DNA of 64,000 nt from Oopsacas minuta. Lineage: Eukaryota > Animalia > Porifera. Made by a program: the position numbers and the translations under genes. Where the stretch lies: positions 186,001 to 250,000 of the forward strand of contig JAKMXF010000309.1 in NCBI GenBank assembly GCA_024704765.1, given 5' to 3'. The notes below the pieces were generated by a model. The model was not told the DNA's origin. It searched no databases and worked only from the letters and a program-made list of their open reading frames with translations. Each line of letters starts with the position of its first letter. The stretch's first letter is position 1. Below, piece by piece: positions 48,001 through 60,200 of the stretch.

Positions 48001-49947
48001 AAGGAGTGTAGACTTTCCTGTGCTCTGAGTTCCTAGGATTGAGCAGACGAAAATTTTACTATCGTATCCAATAATTAATGCCAAACTGTCCAAAACAGAA
48101 GTAACCCAACTCAGAGCAACATGATTCGCATCACCATCAATTATCTCGAAGGCCTGTCCTTCAATTAATAGATGAGCCACTATATTATTCAAATTTTCTA
48201 AATTGAAATTTAACGCTCTATTAAGATTGAAAATACTTTTTCTCGAAAAGACTTTATGAGCCTCAAATGCTTGACCCAACTCACGGAAAATATGTTCTAT
48301 ACCAAACGAAGATTCGGCAATATTCTTTGCTGCTCTTACAAGATTTTGTTTGCTTTGCTTTTTGATTTCGTTTCTTTCTTCAATACTCAATTCGGATTCA
48401 AATTTTGTGTTGTAACTTAAATTTTGCCATTTACTATATTCTGCGTATAAGGACGGAAGATGTTCCCTCGATAAAGAGTTAAAATCATTACTCAACAAGT
48501 TCCAAATTGTATAAAACTCACCTTTAGGACTTCCGAAAGTTTTACAATGTTGAATAACATCTACAAAGATGGGAGATGGATTTTGTAAATATATAAATTG
48601 ATTTTGACGAGCTTTGTTCATCTCCTGTTTTATAGTTTCTTGAGATTTTGAAATACCGACTTTATGAGAATCGCGGTTTGCTTCAGCCCAAAGCAACCAA
48701 GAATCACCCTGAAGTGGTAGCATTGATTGTTTAGCTAATGCAAGCGGCTCAGATTCTTCTGAGTCAGTTGCTAGATTGCTCAAAATTGTTTGTATTATTT
48801 TGTCAACTACACTTTGACAATCTTGAATATTATCTTCATCTGTATCAATATAAATAGACTTTGTTTTAGCAATTTCTGTACAGTCTTCTAAATTAATCTT
48901 AATTATAGGGACCTTCATTAGCATTGAAGAAATACTAATCGCAATCTCATTGATATCTTCGCCTAAACTAGTTTTATTCAGAAGTATAACATTATCACTT
49001 GGAGTTTCCAGAATATCAGGAAGAGTTGGTTCAAAAGTTAATTGTGAAATTTCACTCTGATAAAGTAGGAAGACAGATTTTCGGGCATATTCATTATGGA
49101 AACTGATAAGAAATTCGGAAAGATGTTGATTACATTGACTAATCGGGACGAGAATGTATATAAGAGTAGACACTGAAGAAATGAAATCAAGCTGTTTTCG
49201 ATAATCCAATGCATTCCCTCTTAAATTCAACATCATACAGGGTTCTGGAAATATGAATTTGGAAAAGTGCGGTTCATTATCAAATTTCGGAAGCAGCCAA
49301 GCAATTTCAACAGTTCCATCAAGAAAAAATCTCCTTTTCACATTTCCAAGTTGATTTCTATGAAAGAAATAATCAGGTATTCCAATAATTTGATTTAACA
49401 TTTCGGATTTCTGACTTTTTCCACATTCACCAACTCGAATGAATGAAATTATTGGAAGATTTTCCTCAGTAACGGAGAATGATTTACCAGCATGATCTTG
49501 ATCAATGTAATCTTTGTATAGCGTCTTAAGGGCAAAATGATAAAAAGTAGGCCGTTGAGGAGAAAGATGAGAAGCAATTAAAGGAAGAGATAGCTGACAT
49601 TTAGATACTTGTGTGACGAAGGTTTGACGAAATATTGGAGTGCATTGAAAGAATAAATATAAAAATATATCCATAGGATGTACTAGATCACAAGTATTAT
49701 CCTGCGAATGAAACTTGACCATATCCAATATTTTAACTATGCCTTGGCTTGGTGTATGAGGATTCACGTTTCTAGGAAATTGCCTACTGGTACAATCAAG
49801 CATCATTATTTTATCTAACATGAACTTTGGTAGATCTTGAAGAGAAGTTATTTCTTGTTGGGGAAGTGTGGATGAGATTGTGATGGCATCTCGCAGAGAA
49901 ATCACGGGTGGGCGTAAAATTTCAAGATGTTTGCAAAAATCTTCCAT
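45037..49947 (-). CDS. Interferon-induced very large GTPase (GVIN1/VLIG, URGCP family)-like, single coding exon
   Basis: About 1636 aa; G1 ILGTQSTGKSTLLN, RCTRGIFMQL, G3 LDTEGL, FVHQNV; C-terminal CPFC..LC..H..HRPQG Cys/His cluster. In-frame stops just upstream place the start at ATG 49947. Confidence 0.9.
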   Translation of the reverse strand: MEDFCKHLEILRPPVISLRDAITISSTLPQQEITSLQDLPKFMLDKIMMLDCTSRQFPRNVNPHTPSQGIVKILDMVKFHSQDNTCDLVHPMDIFLYLFFQCTPIFRQTFVTQVSKCQLSLPLIASHLSPQRPTFYHFALKTLYKDYIDQDHAGKSFSVTEENLPIISFIRVGECGKSQKSEMLNQIIGIPDYFFHRNQLGNVKRRFFLDGTVEIAWLLPKFDNEPHFSKFIFPEPCMMLNLRGNALDYRKQLDFISSVSTLIYILVPISQCNQHLSEFLISFHNEYARKSVFLLYQSEISQLTFEPTLPDILETPSDNVILLNKTSLGEDINEIAISISSMLMKVPIIKINLEDCTEIAKTKSIYIDTDEDNIQDCQSVVDKIIQTILSNLATDSEESEPLALAKQSMLPLQGDSWLLWAEANRDSHKVGISKSQETIKQEMNKARQNQFIYLQNPSPIFVDVIQHCKTFGSPKGEFYTIWNLLSNDFNSLSREHLPSLYAEYSKWQNLSYNTKFESELSIEERNEIKKQSKQNLVRAAKNIAESSFGIEHIFRELGQAFEAHKVFSRKSIFNLNRALNFNLENLNNIVAHLLIEGQAFEIIDGDANHVALSWVTSVLDSLALIIGYDSKIFVCSILGTQSTGKSTLLNTMFGAKFPVSSGRCTRGIFMQLIPIESMLRTKLGYDYLVLLDTEGLRAPELSIDSSYRRDNELATIAIGLGDMTIINLYGEGHGEVQDILQIIIFAFIRMKESYIKPRCMFVHQNVPDTHAHTNLLTARSNLIKTLDKMTECAAQQENKNLFYKQFTDVIEFNLNEEVFYFPGLFEGEPPLNKVSIGYSKKAANLRQYILTCFVNTPNKKFQTVMNWSIKLEALWKSVLEENFIFSYKNALEVTSRFELDRRISSWHSSYIQLFNKSKSESINQLFNADFDELDEIRANLVSNLQQEKLTPSIGITTQEDLLQNYFVVHDNVEVYSQWKGNTENYFQCKREKHTNKMEEDLNSIYKLQKNKKKMDENFVRSRKEILLKVHQLFTETIEKGESLSDKSLVESRFNSIWDEWKSEIQVEKVELCDISRDLQKAYIDSPLIKAMNVLADKQMILSNCDEFVNIGNGKFQHLSSLQPQNTSNSYYYLHDMVSKVRLGIGYIRSIFSKESKEDVGNAQFKIILSILSSECERKIDDYLSTLLKNQSPYDPNYFLIIIDICHQILSKHNSTQQQVSQQPLELTTDFIYDMIFFNCCKAIPMLQKIQDEFLSRTSLDLKFEYLEEILRRTFSKLCEGIESEYLCALELAKIVFSGLKNGLADSVSREFLSAFMNDSKNIITYSDRPSLILTILKDLARDKNFNNYLSYIYHPINYLSQNIQNTLTTYSKRNDIMEKVVNNISKNVEILIDFFISECSHACPDDESSPNADMLIRFKESFYTQIKCKVRDVTYNDLDVLDLYTISNYQQFSGLFAKELRRMANDTDWLIWITDTLKLETFLYKRITDSILECEELCPFCNELCQLSCGDHKHYCGTFHRPQGVSGWRDRYTNQICYNECTTNLRDRGRFYYNDLLYEFIHYRRVNSRFRSWKILGEDAIDSKYWHWVLCQFEKDFVEHFKIQSNPYIQENWSNLTEDEVIKDLESHYRLHVFSK

Positions 49948-50400
49948 GATAATCAACTATCATCTAAGTAATATACACAATGAGAACTTTGACATTGAGA
50001 TGTAAACAAGAAAAATAAATTTAAATAGTAAATAGACATTACCTGGCAGTAGGGGTCCTCACTTAGGTGAGAGAAGCGTTATCAAGAATCGGAAAACTGG
50101 TAAATTTATATCGCAAAACAATAGTTTACACTTAATAGACCATTGTTTGAGATCTAAATTCTCAGTAAACATTTATCAAACAAAAAGTAAAAATCAAACT
50201 ATTTATACTGATTTGGAACATCAAAGTACCTGTGTCTTTAGATGTACATATACATATAAAATTCTTTTTGTAAAATAACTTGGGTAACTATACTGGATCA
50301 GTTCATGTAATTTATGATAATCGAAAATCCAAACATAAAAGACATAATTACCTCATAAATGATGAAATCGACTTGTGAATATTTATTGAAAATATACGTA

Positions 50401-50560
50401 CAGTCAACTCGCGTTATATCAAACACGGATACATTGAAATACCCGCTTATATCGAAGTCTGAAATTGTACAAATATAGTCCCAAACCGTCAAAGTAACAT
50501 AATTGTCATATTTGAAGTAATAATCGCGGTCCTTTGGGCTTCGATATAACGGTAGCTGAC
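50401..50560. mobile_element. Pogo/Tigger-type MITE
   Basis: TA-cagtcaactcgcgttatatc; interior gaaattgtacaaatatagtcccaaaccgtcaaagtaacat is shared with other copies; right end degenerate. Confidence 0.7.
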
Positions 50561-50625
50561 TTCATAAATTAGTGTAATCCTAAATATATTCAAACTTGTT
50601 TGAACGATGACAAATACAAACATAA

Positions 50626-51552
50626 TCAGTTAGATTCAGAGCCTGACGAATAATCTAATTTCAGTAATCCTTTAGAATTAGTATTCACAGATTTTGGTGT
50701 TTCTTTAATTGTGCCAGAGATTCTAGGCTTCAAATTGGCTGTCTGTCTTTTTGTTACAAAAGTTTGAAGTTTTGATTTATAAGTTTTCTTGGAAATTTCC
50801 TCTGATTTTAACCCAAACTCTTCAGTGAAACAACGTTTTTCATCTGGAAGCAGATCAGATTCGATTTTCCGTTTCTTCATATTATCATTTTCAACATCAC
50901 CATCTTTAGGATTACCCTCAATAAGTTTGGTCACGGTTTCTTTCTTCAGCGCACCGAAATATTTGCTAACCAATTTCTCATCTTCAATTTCATCGAGTGT
51001 AATACCATTTTTCTCTACCACAGTATAACCTTCTATAATCTGTCCTACATTAACCTGCTCCAATCTACTATTTTGATCTTTTATTCCCTCCAGAGCATCA
51101 AGGATATCAATTTCCTGTTTACTCTCTTTCGTACGTCGTTCTAATGCCAACATTGGATTCTCAGCCTCCTCGTTTTCTTTCAATCTCTCATCCTCTTCTG
51201 CTGCCATTATAGCCAGCCGTTCTGCTTGAAAATTTCTCATTGCACCGTTTTCACATACATAATCTGTGTTTTTTGGATCTGTCTTAAATGTTATTTCAGA
51301 AATACATCGTGTACAGCGAATATAAAACCGGTATATACGAATTCCTAGATACTCTTGGTCCCAAACGGTCTCTTTTCGAGCGTTAAACTTTTTACCTTTG
51401 TAAATATATTCACCACAGGTTGTACAACGCATTGAGAAAGGTGCCATTAGACGGACGACATATTGACGGTCTTTTGGTAGGATTAATTTTGGGATATTTG
51501 CTGGATCGAAATCAGGAGGATAATATTTGTTCAGAACCTTACGTTCACCCAT
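50626..51552 (-). CDS. YJU2: Splicing factor YJU2 (CCDC94)
   Basis: [64 protein letters not shown]. Confidence 0.96.
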   Translation of the reverse strand: MGERKVLNKYYPPDFDPANIPKLILPKDRQYVVRLMAPFSMRCTTCGEYIYKGKKFNARKETVWDQEYLGIRIYRFYIRCTRCISEITFKTDPKNTDYVCENGAMRNFQAERLAIMAAEEDERLKENEEAENPMLALERRTKESKQEIDILDALEGIKDQNSRLEQVNVGQIIEGYTVVEKNGITLDEIEDEKLVSKYFGALKKETVTKLIEGNPKDGDVENDNMKKRKIESDLLPDEKRCFTEEFGLKSEEISKKTYKSKLQTFVTKRQTANLKPRISGTIKETPKSVNTNSKGLLKLDYSSGSESN

Positions 51553-51622
51553 TACTTGCTAAATAATATCTACTATGATAAATATGTGAGTAAACGTAGG
51601 TAGATGAAGGTGTTAAATAATG

Positions 51623-51743
51623 CAGTGGTTCCCAACCTGAGGTACATGAAGCCCTTGGTAGTCCATGGAAGCGGACGACAGCAAGGGGTTCACAGAATGT
51701 GTAAAAATTGTTCCGTGGGGGTAATAAAGGTTGGGAAGCGCTG
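51623..51743. mobile_element. hAT-type MITE, 121 bp; related fragment at about 13370-13443
   Basis: TIR cagtggttcccaacct / aggttgggaagcgctg; 8-bp flanks aaataatg and aactaatg (7/8 match). Confidence 0.75.
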
Positions 51744-52129
51744 AACTAATGGAATATTGCAATTATGAACAAAAAATGATACAAATTTTGAGATTGTATT
51801 TCTGAGATTGTGTGACACTGTCCCCCGGCTTGACATTGTGGATCATTAGGAATTATAGGACTTATGTCGAAATAGACCTCCAAACAGTGACGTTACTGCT
51901 GGAGGGTAAATATGAGCGTAATAGTAAATTCGCAAAATAAATGGTATTAGAATTGGGGCAGAGTCATTTGGTAGTCTTTGTATGGACTTGAAAAGTCCTA
52001 GAAACAAATCGCGAAATGATATAATAATTGCACACAGAAAACTGAAGACAAAATACGTAAACTAAGCGATAATATAAACTTACACATAAATAACTATTAT
52101 CACAATTAGTAATTATAAATTGAAATTCT

Positions 52130-52402
52130 TCAATCTTTGTAATCAGGTCTGACACTCAACTCGTCTTTATATATTGGATTACCACCACGTCCTGGTACAT
52201 CCCAAAACTTGACTACAGTGTGTGGCTTAATTCGTTCCCATGGGTGAGGATTAGATTTGTGGTTGAGAACAACTTCTGGATTACGGATACCAATTCGTAC
52301 CAATGCTATGCCAGCAAGGGAAAGGCCAGCTACCACAAAGCCTACTAACGGCCAAAGTGGTGTGTGATGGCGGATAACCTGCATCGTATGTCTTACACTC
52401 AT
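52130..52402 (-). CDS. NDUFA4: NDUFA4/COXFA4 (MLRQ)-like cytochrome c oxidase subunit, copy A
   Basis: RHHTPLWPLVGFVVAG..LVRIGIRNPEVVLNHKSNPHPWERI..VKFW..RPDY; likely ATG at 52402. Confidence 0.85.
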   Translation of the reverse strand: MSVRHTMQVIRHHTPLWPLVGFVVAGLSLAGIALVRIGIRNPEVVLNHKSNPHPWERIKPHTVVKFWDVPGRGGNPIYKDELSVRPDYKD

Positions 52403-52469
52403 CGTTAATATGCTAAATCGCTTTGGAAAAGTTTTGTTAAATATTTTAATAGTGTGTTGGCATGTAATA

Positions 52470-52628
52470 CAGTCAACTCCAGTTATATAGAAGCTCAATA
52501 ATTACTTTGATATGACCGGTGAAATATTCGCTACTTTAACGGTTTGGGGCCGTTATTTGTACAATTTCATAATTTGATATAAGCGGGTATTCTGATATAT
52601 TCGTGTTCGATGTAACGGGAGTTGACTG
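52470..52628. mobile_element. Pogo/Tigger-type MITE between the two NDUFA4-like genes
   Basis: cagtcaactccagttatat ... atgtaacgggagttgactg with TA on both flanks. Confidence 0.8.
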
Positions 52629-52862
52629 TATAATTTATTCAGGAAGTTCAGAATATGGCACAACACGAATAAGCGTATTATTCTTCCAGAAATTACTGAT
52701 TTCCAAGATGTACGAAATTATCCGCGGAAATATTTCGCAAACTAAATGAATTTCAAAAGCCGATCAACCAATCAATTCACATTTCACCTCAAACACACAG
52801 CACAATATTTGTATAAACTATCACGAATGGAAAAATATCGTATAAACATCTATCAATTAATT

Positions 52863-53135
52863 ATGGAAATTGTTCGCGTTGCAGCTAAAACAATCAAAAA
52901 CCATTCTCCTCTCTGGCCATTAGTTGTAATAACAGTTACTGGGTTATCAATGGGTGGATTCTCTATAGTCAGAATTGGCTTGACACACCCTGAAGTAGCT
53001 TTTGACCGGAAAAAGGAAACAAGACCCTGGGAGAGGATAAAGCCCGGGACCGTTGTAAAGTTCTTCGATCCACTCGACAGGAAAAGTGGGAAATGCAAAG
53101 ACGAGGGCATTAAAAGGCCAGATTATAAGGCATAG
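52863..53135 (+). CDS. NDUFA4: NDUFA4/COXFA4 (MLRQ)-like cytochrome c oxidase subunit, copy B
   Basis: KNHSPLWPLVVITVTG..IVRIGLTHPEVAFDRKKETRPWERI..VKFF..RPDY; likely ATG at 52863. Confidence 0.85.
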   Translation: MEIVRVAAKTIKNHSPLWPLVVITVTGLSMGGFSIVRIGLTHPEVAFDRKKETRPWERIKPGTVVKFFDPLDRKSGKCKDEGIKRPDYKA

Positions 53136-53692
53136 TTTAGTGTTTGTTAATATGGTTATAATCATCTCGCCCATATTTCGTGAGAATTATGTGTGTGTTG
53201 TAGCTTTTCATTATTGAATTAGTCAGGGAGATAAATAAGAAAATATTATAAGCACCGTTGTAGTACGCGTATTAAATAAGTAAATATAGTCAACATCTGG
53301 TAACTCGAATACCCGTTAACTTGAACATTCGTGATCTCGAACGAATTATACTTTTAGTACTTATCGCATCCGTTAACTAGAACAGACTTGTTTTCCCCTG
53401 AGGGTTGGAGTTATGATGTTAACTGAATTCCAGTTATTGGGCGAAAATTACCTGGAAATTGAGTGGATCGTTTTATCACCCCCATTTATAACGGTCTAAA
53501 AGCACCAGTGTAATTTATGGAACTAGTGCGAAAAGCACTTATTGTTATAGAAGACAACATGAACTACATTTTCGCATTTTAGACATTTCAAAATAACCGA
53601 AAGTTATCGAGATGTAGTCACTCTCGGTAGCGCCACCATTAATATATAATAGAAGCCCTGAATAATATTAATAAATAATAGTAGCTAATAAC

Positions 53693-53889
53693 TCAAGGTC
53701 GCCACAGATGTAATTGTCCATCAGAAGTATATGTAGCTATAATATTTTGGTGAGGATGATGTGTTATACCCAGTACATGGTTACTTTCTATGACGTCATT
53801 TGATTGATCTGGGTTGGTTACTATGTCTGGTGTTCCTAGCGGTTGTTTAACTGGTTCTAGAAATACAGAATAATGGTAAATATGAAAAT

Positions 53890-53923
<34 letters not shown>

Positions 53924-56773
53924 ATGTGTATATATACACTCATTTTCCGTTATATTTTGCCGGATATAAGAACATTGCATGTCGGTTATAAGAACATTAC
54001 CTGGAAATCGGTTGCCATATACCTCTATATAAGGTATCCACTTATTGTATAATTGCGAAAAATTAGGATCGATGTATTGAAGGGGGAATATTCGAGAGAG
54101 GAGTCTATTAATATTAGCCCCTGAGAGAGGGATTATTCGATCTGGTCAATTAATAAAATACCTTTGCTTGTTGTGCTTGTATCCATAGGGACACCATCAA
54201 CTCCTGTATCTTTAACTTTACCTATATTCTCTATTACAGTCAGTGTATGCTCTAATCTCCCAGTACTTGTACTGAAACAGTATAATACGTTATCTTCTCC
54301 TACACAGTATATCCATTCTCCTTGTGGACTCAAACAAGAGCATGTGAATTCACCTTTTCTCCTTTTACCTGTGAATATGAGAATGTTAAATTGAGTATAG
54401 GTTTCCTCCCGATAGATAAAACAAGGCCAAAGGAATATACCGAATATTATTTTTTCACGCTATTCCCTATTCCACCCAAAAAATCCATACACACATTCTA
54501 TCCATATCACAAACAATAATTTACTCTAACCAGAGCTGAAAGACTTGACAGTCATTCCCTGTAGGTTCATAACAGCTACCACATTAGTTCTGCTACACAC
54601 TACATACTGATCTGAAGTTCTAGGCAGCATCATTATACTATTTATAGCCATCTCTACGCCTGTAGGACCAAGTGGACCTGTAGGGGAACATAGTATCAAA
54701 GACAACCAAATATTAAATAATATGTTGTAGTCTATATATTTCTCATTATAATTGTCTGTAAACACTATTTTACCTTTGAACTGAGCTATGCACTCAGTAG
54801 TCTTAAAACTCCACATACGTACAGTACCATCTAATCCACAAGATATTACATTATGGGAATCTGGTAGGAAACATGCTGTGCTGACTGAACTTGTATGACC
54901 TTTGAACTCTTTTATTGCTTTACCAGATCTTAAACCATGGATACGAATTGTCTTGTCAGATGAAGTGGAGAGGATTTGGCTTGAATCTCGACTGAAGGTG
55001 AGATGGAGGGTTGGACCAAAATGCGCGCGTTCGAATCTTCGCAGACACTGTCCAGTTTGTATCTATAAGGATTCTGAATAATACGAATTTTCAATAATTT
55101 CAAGGGCTTCATGTTAAAGTCCACCCGAAAATATCCAGAAATATAGCAAAAAATAGAACAAATTCCAGCGATTTCAAAATTTCCTTGGATAAGATCTGGA
55201 AATGTTCATAATGCCGAAAATTCTTAATAGACAATTCTAGACAAGAAATTATCAAAAACAAACCTTCCAAACTTTGATTTTTCCATCTTTACTACCAGTA
55301 GCCAGCATTTCACTATCTCGTGAGAAATCCAGACACAATACACTATCCTCCATTAACATATAATTATCCTGACTTTGAAACTTCAGATCTTTACGTAATT
55401 TCCCTGTAGTAAAATTCCAAACTTCTACAAATCCATCAGCTGATCCCGTAACTAGATATTGACCATCCGGGGAGAATAAGGCTACTTCTGGATGAGAAGT
55501 TTTGCTGAATTTTATTAGCTTGTTGAGTTGGGTTGGACATTTGTCTTCCTCCATGCCCTTATAAGGAAATAATGGTTAAAGTAAAAGCAAGGCACGTATT
55601 TATGAGATATTTTTCAGCTACACATGATGTACATCTAAGAATGCGGGCGGGCGGAAGTTCATTGTCATTAGGGTATCTCATTATTTTATGACGTTATCAT
55701 ATACAAAGTGGACAATTCATGAAAAATAGCTTACCTTGATAGCAGCTTTCCCTCTAAACACATCAATATTAGAACCAGGAGGTAATAGTCCTTGATGTTG
55801 TTGCCATTTTATTGACTGGGCGAGTAGAGCTAATAAACGACTTGGTGGCACTACAGATACTTCTCCAGCAAGCTCTTGAGCTATGATATTCCTTCTCTTC
55901 TCTTTGCTACCTCCGTCTGGGTATGCCTCTCTTGGATCGAAAAAGGTTCGACCTAAGAAACAAGGTGTGAAATATGATTAATCACCAAAAAGGTGTGAGA
56001 GTTTAAAATACAATCAGGGTCCTTATTATCAACATCCTCCTATAATGAACCAGGCCAGTGGCACCAATCTATTAATTCCCATAGAATTTCTATGAAATTA
56101 AGAATGACTTGCCAAAGTTTCCGGGATTCCTGGATTTTCGCGAGTTTCCACTTCATATCAGGGGAAATATTTGAAATATAGGAAAATTTGGTATTTTTTG
56201 CTATATGTCTGGATATTTTCTGGTGGAATAGGGGAAATAACGTGAAATCCGAAATATTTAGAAATGTGTGTGCCTATTTTACCAAATAATAGCCTCAAAT
56301 TGCTATTTTTGGATGTAAAACTTTGAATTCAGGTAATTAGCTAATAAATTGCCGGAAATTAGGATGGTAAGTATTCTATGATAGTAATTATAACTAGAAT
56401 TCCAATTACCCAATAACGTTTCCAAGTGTAAATACTTCTCCGGTTGCTGCTGTTTCAACATTAACATCGGATCAGTATTCCTTAACAAACTCCTCGCAGC
56501 GCCAAGTTCTCTCAATTCAATCAATTCCAATACAATTTGTTCATATAAAGTGATAAGCTTATTATCAGGCAATTTCAATGATTGAATCGCTAAAAGAACT
56601 GTGTCCCAATGTCCATGGTTAATTTCTGATACAAAACTCTCTATAGAGTCTACTGTATTCAAAGTTACTGACGTCTCCTCTTGTAAGGTCGCGAGAGATC
56701 GCATTAGGTTATTTTCTTTCAGGAATTGCTGTATTAATCGTATGACGTCACTAGCTTCTATCTCTATTGACAT
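53693..56773 (-). CDS. SMU1: WD40 spliceosomal protein SMU1, 7 exons (56773-56410, 55952-55735, 55557-55264, 55062-54774, 54677-54531, 54368-54222 or 54162, 53856-53693)
   Basis: [23 protein letters not shown] LisH/CTLH domain, [45 protein letters not shown]...LWRP. Confidence 0.96.
53892..53922. repeat. (GT)n microsatellite in the last SMU1 intron
   Basis: About 15 GT units. Confidence 0.9.
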
Positions 56774-57288
56774 TTTGTTTGTTGAAGTGAAACGCTAAGT
56801 TTGGAATTTGATAGGAGAAATACATTAATTCAAAAGTTGAAAATATTTGGAACTCTTTTCAAGATAAATTTCTAGTGTACGATTACTCCCGCTATTTCGA
56901 ATTACTACCAGCTTCTATCAAAGTCTGATATTGTAAAATATGCCCAAACAGTCAAAGTAGCACACAGCAGACTCCGTTTAATATGGTAACATCGGGACCA
57001 GGAAATTTTGACCCGATTAAGTGTTCTGTTTCTGGCGCGAGCCGATTAACCGGTTGTTCTATTGAGCAGAGTCTACCGCATTTCTTCGATTACATCGAGT
57101 AATTATCGCGGTCCCTTTAGCTTCGGAATGACGGGAGTTTATTGTATATTGTAAAAGATAAATGTAACAAAACATCTTCCTAAAAACTGCTGAAATAATA
57201 CTAAAAATATATCTCACACAAAAATATACTAGCACACTGGGAGAAATACAATTCGTGAATTTGCTAATCCGAAAAATATGCAAATTTT

Positions 57289-60200
57289 CTAATTCTCACT
57301 AAACGACATACTATCTCGAAATGATAATAATCGGCTTTTCCCAGTGCCGCGCTCATCTACAGACAATTGCAATGCGCTATCGCATACTGCTTCCATCTGT
57401 ATCAGTGACTCGGATATATAATCGTAGAATCGATCTACATTAGTTCTTCCTGATTCATTGAAAGCAGATAAATGAAAGGTTAAACCCACATCAGCTTGAA
57501 AGAAATAAGCTACACCATATCCGTGTTTTGTTACCGGACCAAATCCACCTCCCATTGCTGATGTATCTGGGCGGGCTTTGTAGTCCAGGCCAATTTGACT
57601 GGGAACCTGTAAGGCAAAAATTGTCAAAATAAAATAGGAAATAAATACAGATACCTCCAGCTTTATCGAACTCAAGGCTTCGATATAACAGATGACATAT
57701 ATGTTACTTATATTTGTACAGTTTCAGATTTTGATATTTTTCCATGTTCGATATACCGAGAGTTGACTGTAAGTTGTTAAGGCAAATTTTTTATGGGTTT
57801 GCTGAAAACCTACCCATAATTATTGCAATGGTGTTTTCTAATCAAAGTTCTTTAACACAGTGAAACCTCTACAAACTGGGTCTGTTGAAATTTTGAAACT
57901 GTGAATTTCTAGAAACGGTTTCATATTCCTATATATAATGGACCTCAAAATACGGGGCAGCATTTTCCGGCGTCCAGCACCCCTTTTGTGGAGGTAAGAC
58001 TGTAAATGAAATACTGAAATTCCAAAAATCTGTGACGTCACTCAAAACACTGTAAATGGACTAAACTTACTTGGCTTGAAGAAAGTTTAAAAGGAATACT
58101 CATAGCTCTGGTCAAAAACTCAGAATTTTCTCCTTTCAATTTACTAGTAATATACAATGCCAATAAATGTCTGTCTATTCCTTGTCCAACCATAGCCTTC
58201 TTCATTGATAGATTATGTGTGTGTCCTGCTTTCGATAGAAGTTTGTATACTTCATAGGAATCTATTACGTCATCCATCATTGCTAGTACAAATTGACATG
58301 AATCTTCTGTTACCGATCTAGAAATAAACTCAAAATGTGTTTAGAAATTTTTGCTTGCCCAACCCAGAGGTTTCACGTCTCATGCAGGGGGAAATTTAAA
58401 TCTTCAATATAATTTCGGTATTACCCCCATAGGCTTCACTTAATCGAGTCACTACGTCCTTGCCACAATTATCCTGTGTTAACTGAATACCAAATTGATT
58501 CAACTAACCTTATAGTGTCAGTACGTCCATGTTTGAATAATCTTGTCAATGCTGATTCGTATGTTAAAGTGAATTCCTTTTGGTCTTTATAGTAAGCTAA
58601 TTGTAATGCCATTTGTATGAAAGCATCTGGACTCAATTTTAACTGCTTAACACGAATTTTACCGAATTTATCGAAAATGCCTAATTTCAATTGGAGAGAT
58701 TTGATGTAACTTGATGTGAGTGCTGCCTGTATTAGTATTTTATCCTTCATCTAAATAATATTTGGAAATTCAAATACCAATTTTCGGGAATTTGGGTTAC
58801 ATTACGCTTGAAAGACCCAAAAAATATGTAGGAGATTCAACAATCTATTCTGGTACATCGTAAGTTGAAAATATGAATCTTTTCGGTGAATTTGAGCATA
58901 TTACAACGAATTATACGAGAAATAATAATTTCAAATTTTCTTGAAAATCCATTGAAATGATGGAAATATAAAATAACATTAATATTTGGTATGACGTAGC
59001 GAAAATTTGAAATATTTGTCAATACTTAGCATAATTTCAATCGATTATATAGAATTTTCCCTCGAAAATTGCTAAAATGCAACAAACCTCATCATTGATT
59101 TCCCACTCTAATTTCGTGAAAACAGCCGGATTAGGATCAGAATCATCGTTAATATAACCTTGCTCATTGTAACGTTTTTTCACACGATTAACCAATTTCT
59201 TATCCACCCATAAAGGGACTGGAAAGTTTGTTCCTACGAAATAATCCATATCAGTAGCTGTAACACATTCAGTGAATTGAACATAAGGAGGAGCTTCGGA
59301 TGTTGTATGTTCAATCGTCATTCCATATAAACCAGTTTTGAATACAATAAAATTAATGGATTTATCCATCCATAAGTTATAGCCATTTCCGTGTAAAACT
59401 GAAGCTGCGTATGTTGATATGTGATCTGTGTCTGTTTGGGGATAGTAAGGATTCTTTTCCGAGCCCAGAATGAACTGTGGCAACTAGATAGTAAATGTAG
59501 GGTCAATACAATTACAGTGCAGCATTTGAATTTGTGTGAGAAAATTCAAAAAAAGAGATTTAGATACTTCCAGCATCACTTTGAAATTTTCAAAAAGGTG
59601 TGAAAATATGATTAATCACCAAAAGTGTGAAAATTTCACTTTAGAGAATAATTTCATACATCGGGGTGCAAAGCTCCACGCTGGTACCCAATTTTCATGT
59701 TAATCGGACTGCTAGATTTCGCATGGCCGCGCGGACGGACGTCGCACATCGTCCATGCCATTGGGACATCTCCCTACAGGAGCTGAACTAAAAATCTTTC
59801 CCCACCTTTCCAATGTATCTTTCCTCTGGGTCTAGAACAACTACAAATGCACACTCATCAATAAATCTCATATTTTCTTTATTTTGTCCGCTTGACAAAT
59901 AATTCTCTCTGAATTCAGCCCAAACTCCCCTGTCACCAGCTGTAAATGAAGGAAGCCTCTCTTCAGATTCACTCACTGGTGATTTATCAGCTAGAATTGT
60001 AAGGAAGGTCTTTTCAAGTTGTTTGGGAGATACAAGTTTCCCATTTTGGTAACAATCGACTTTATAGTATCTATATAATGCATTATATTACTACAGTAAT
60101 CCTCGTTTATATGAACACGGTAAATAAGTAACTGTAGAATACGAATTTCGAGCCTCCACAAAGGAATTCGCTGGATTTCCGGGAATTCCCAGTTTCCACA

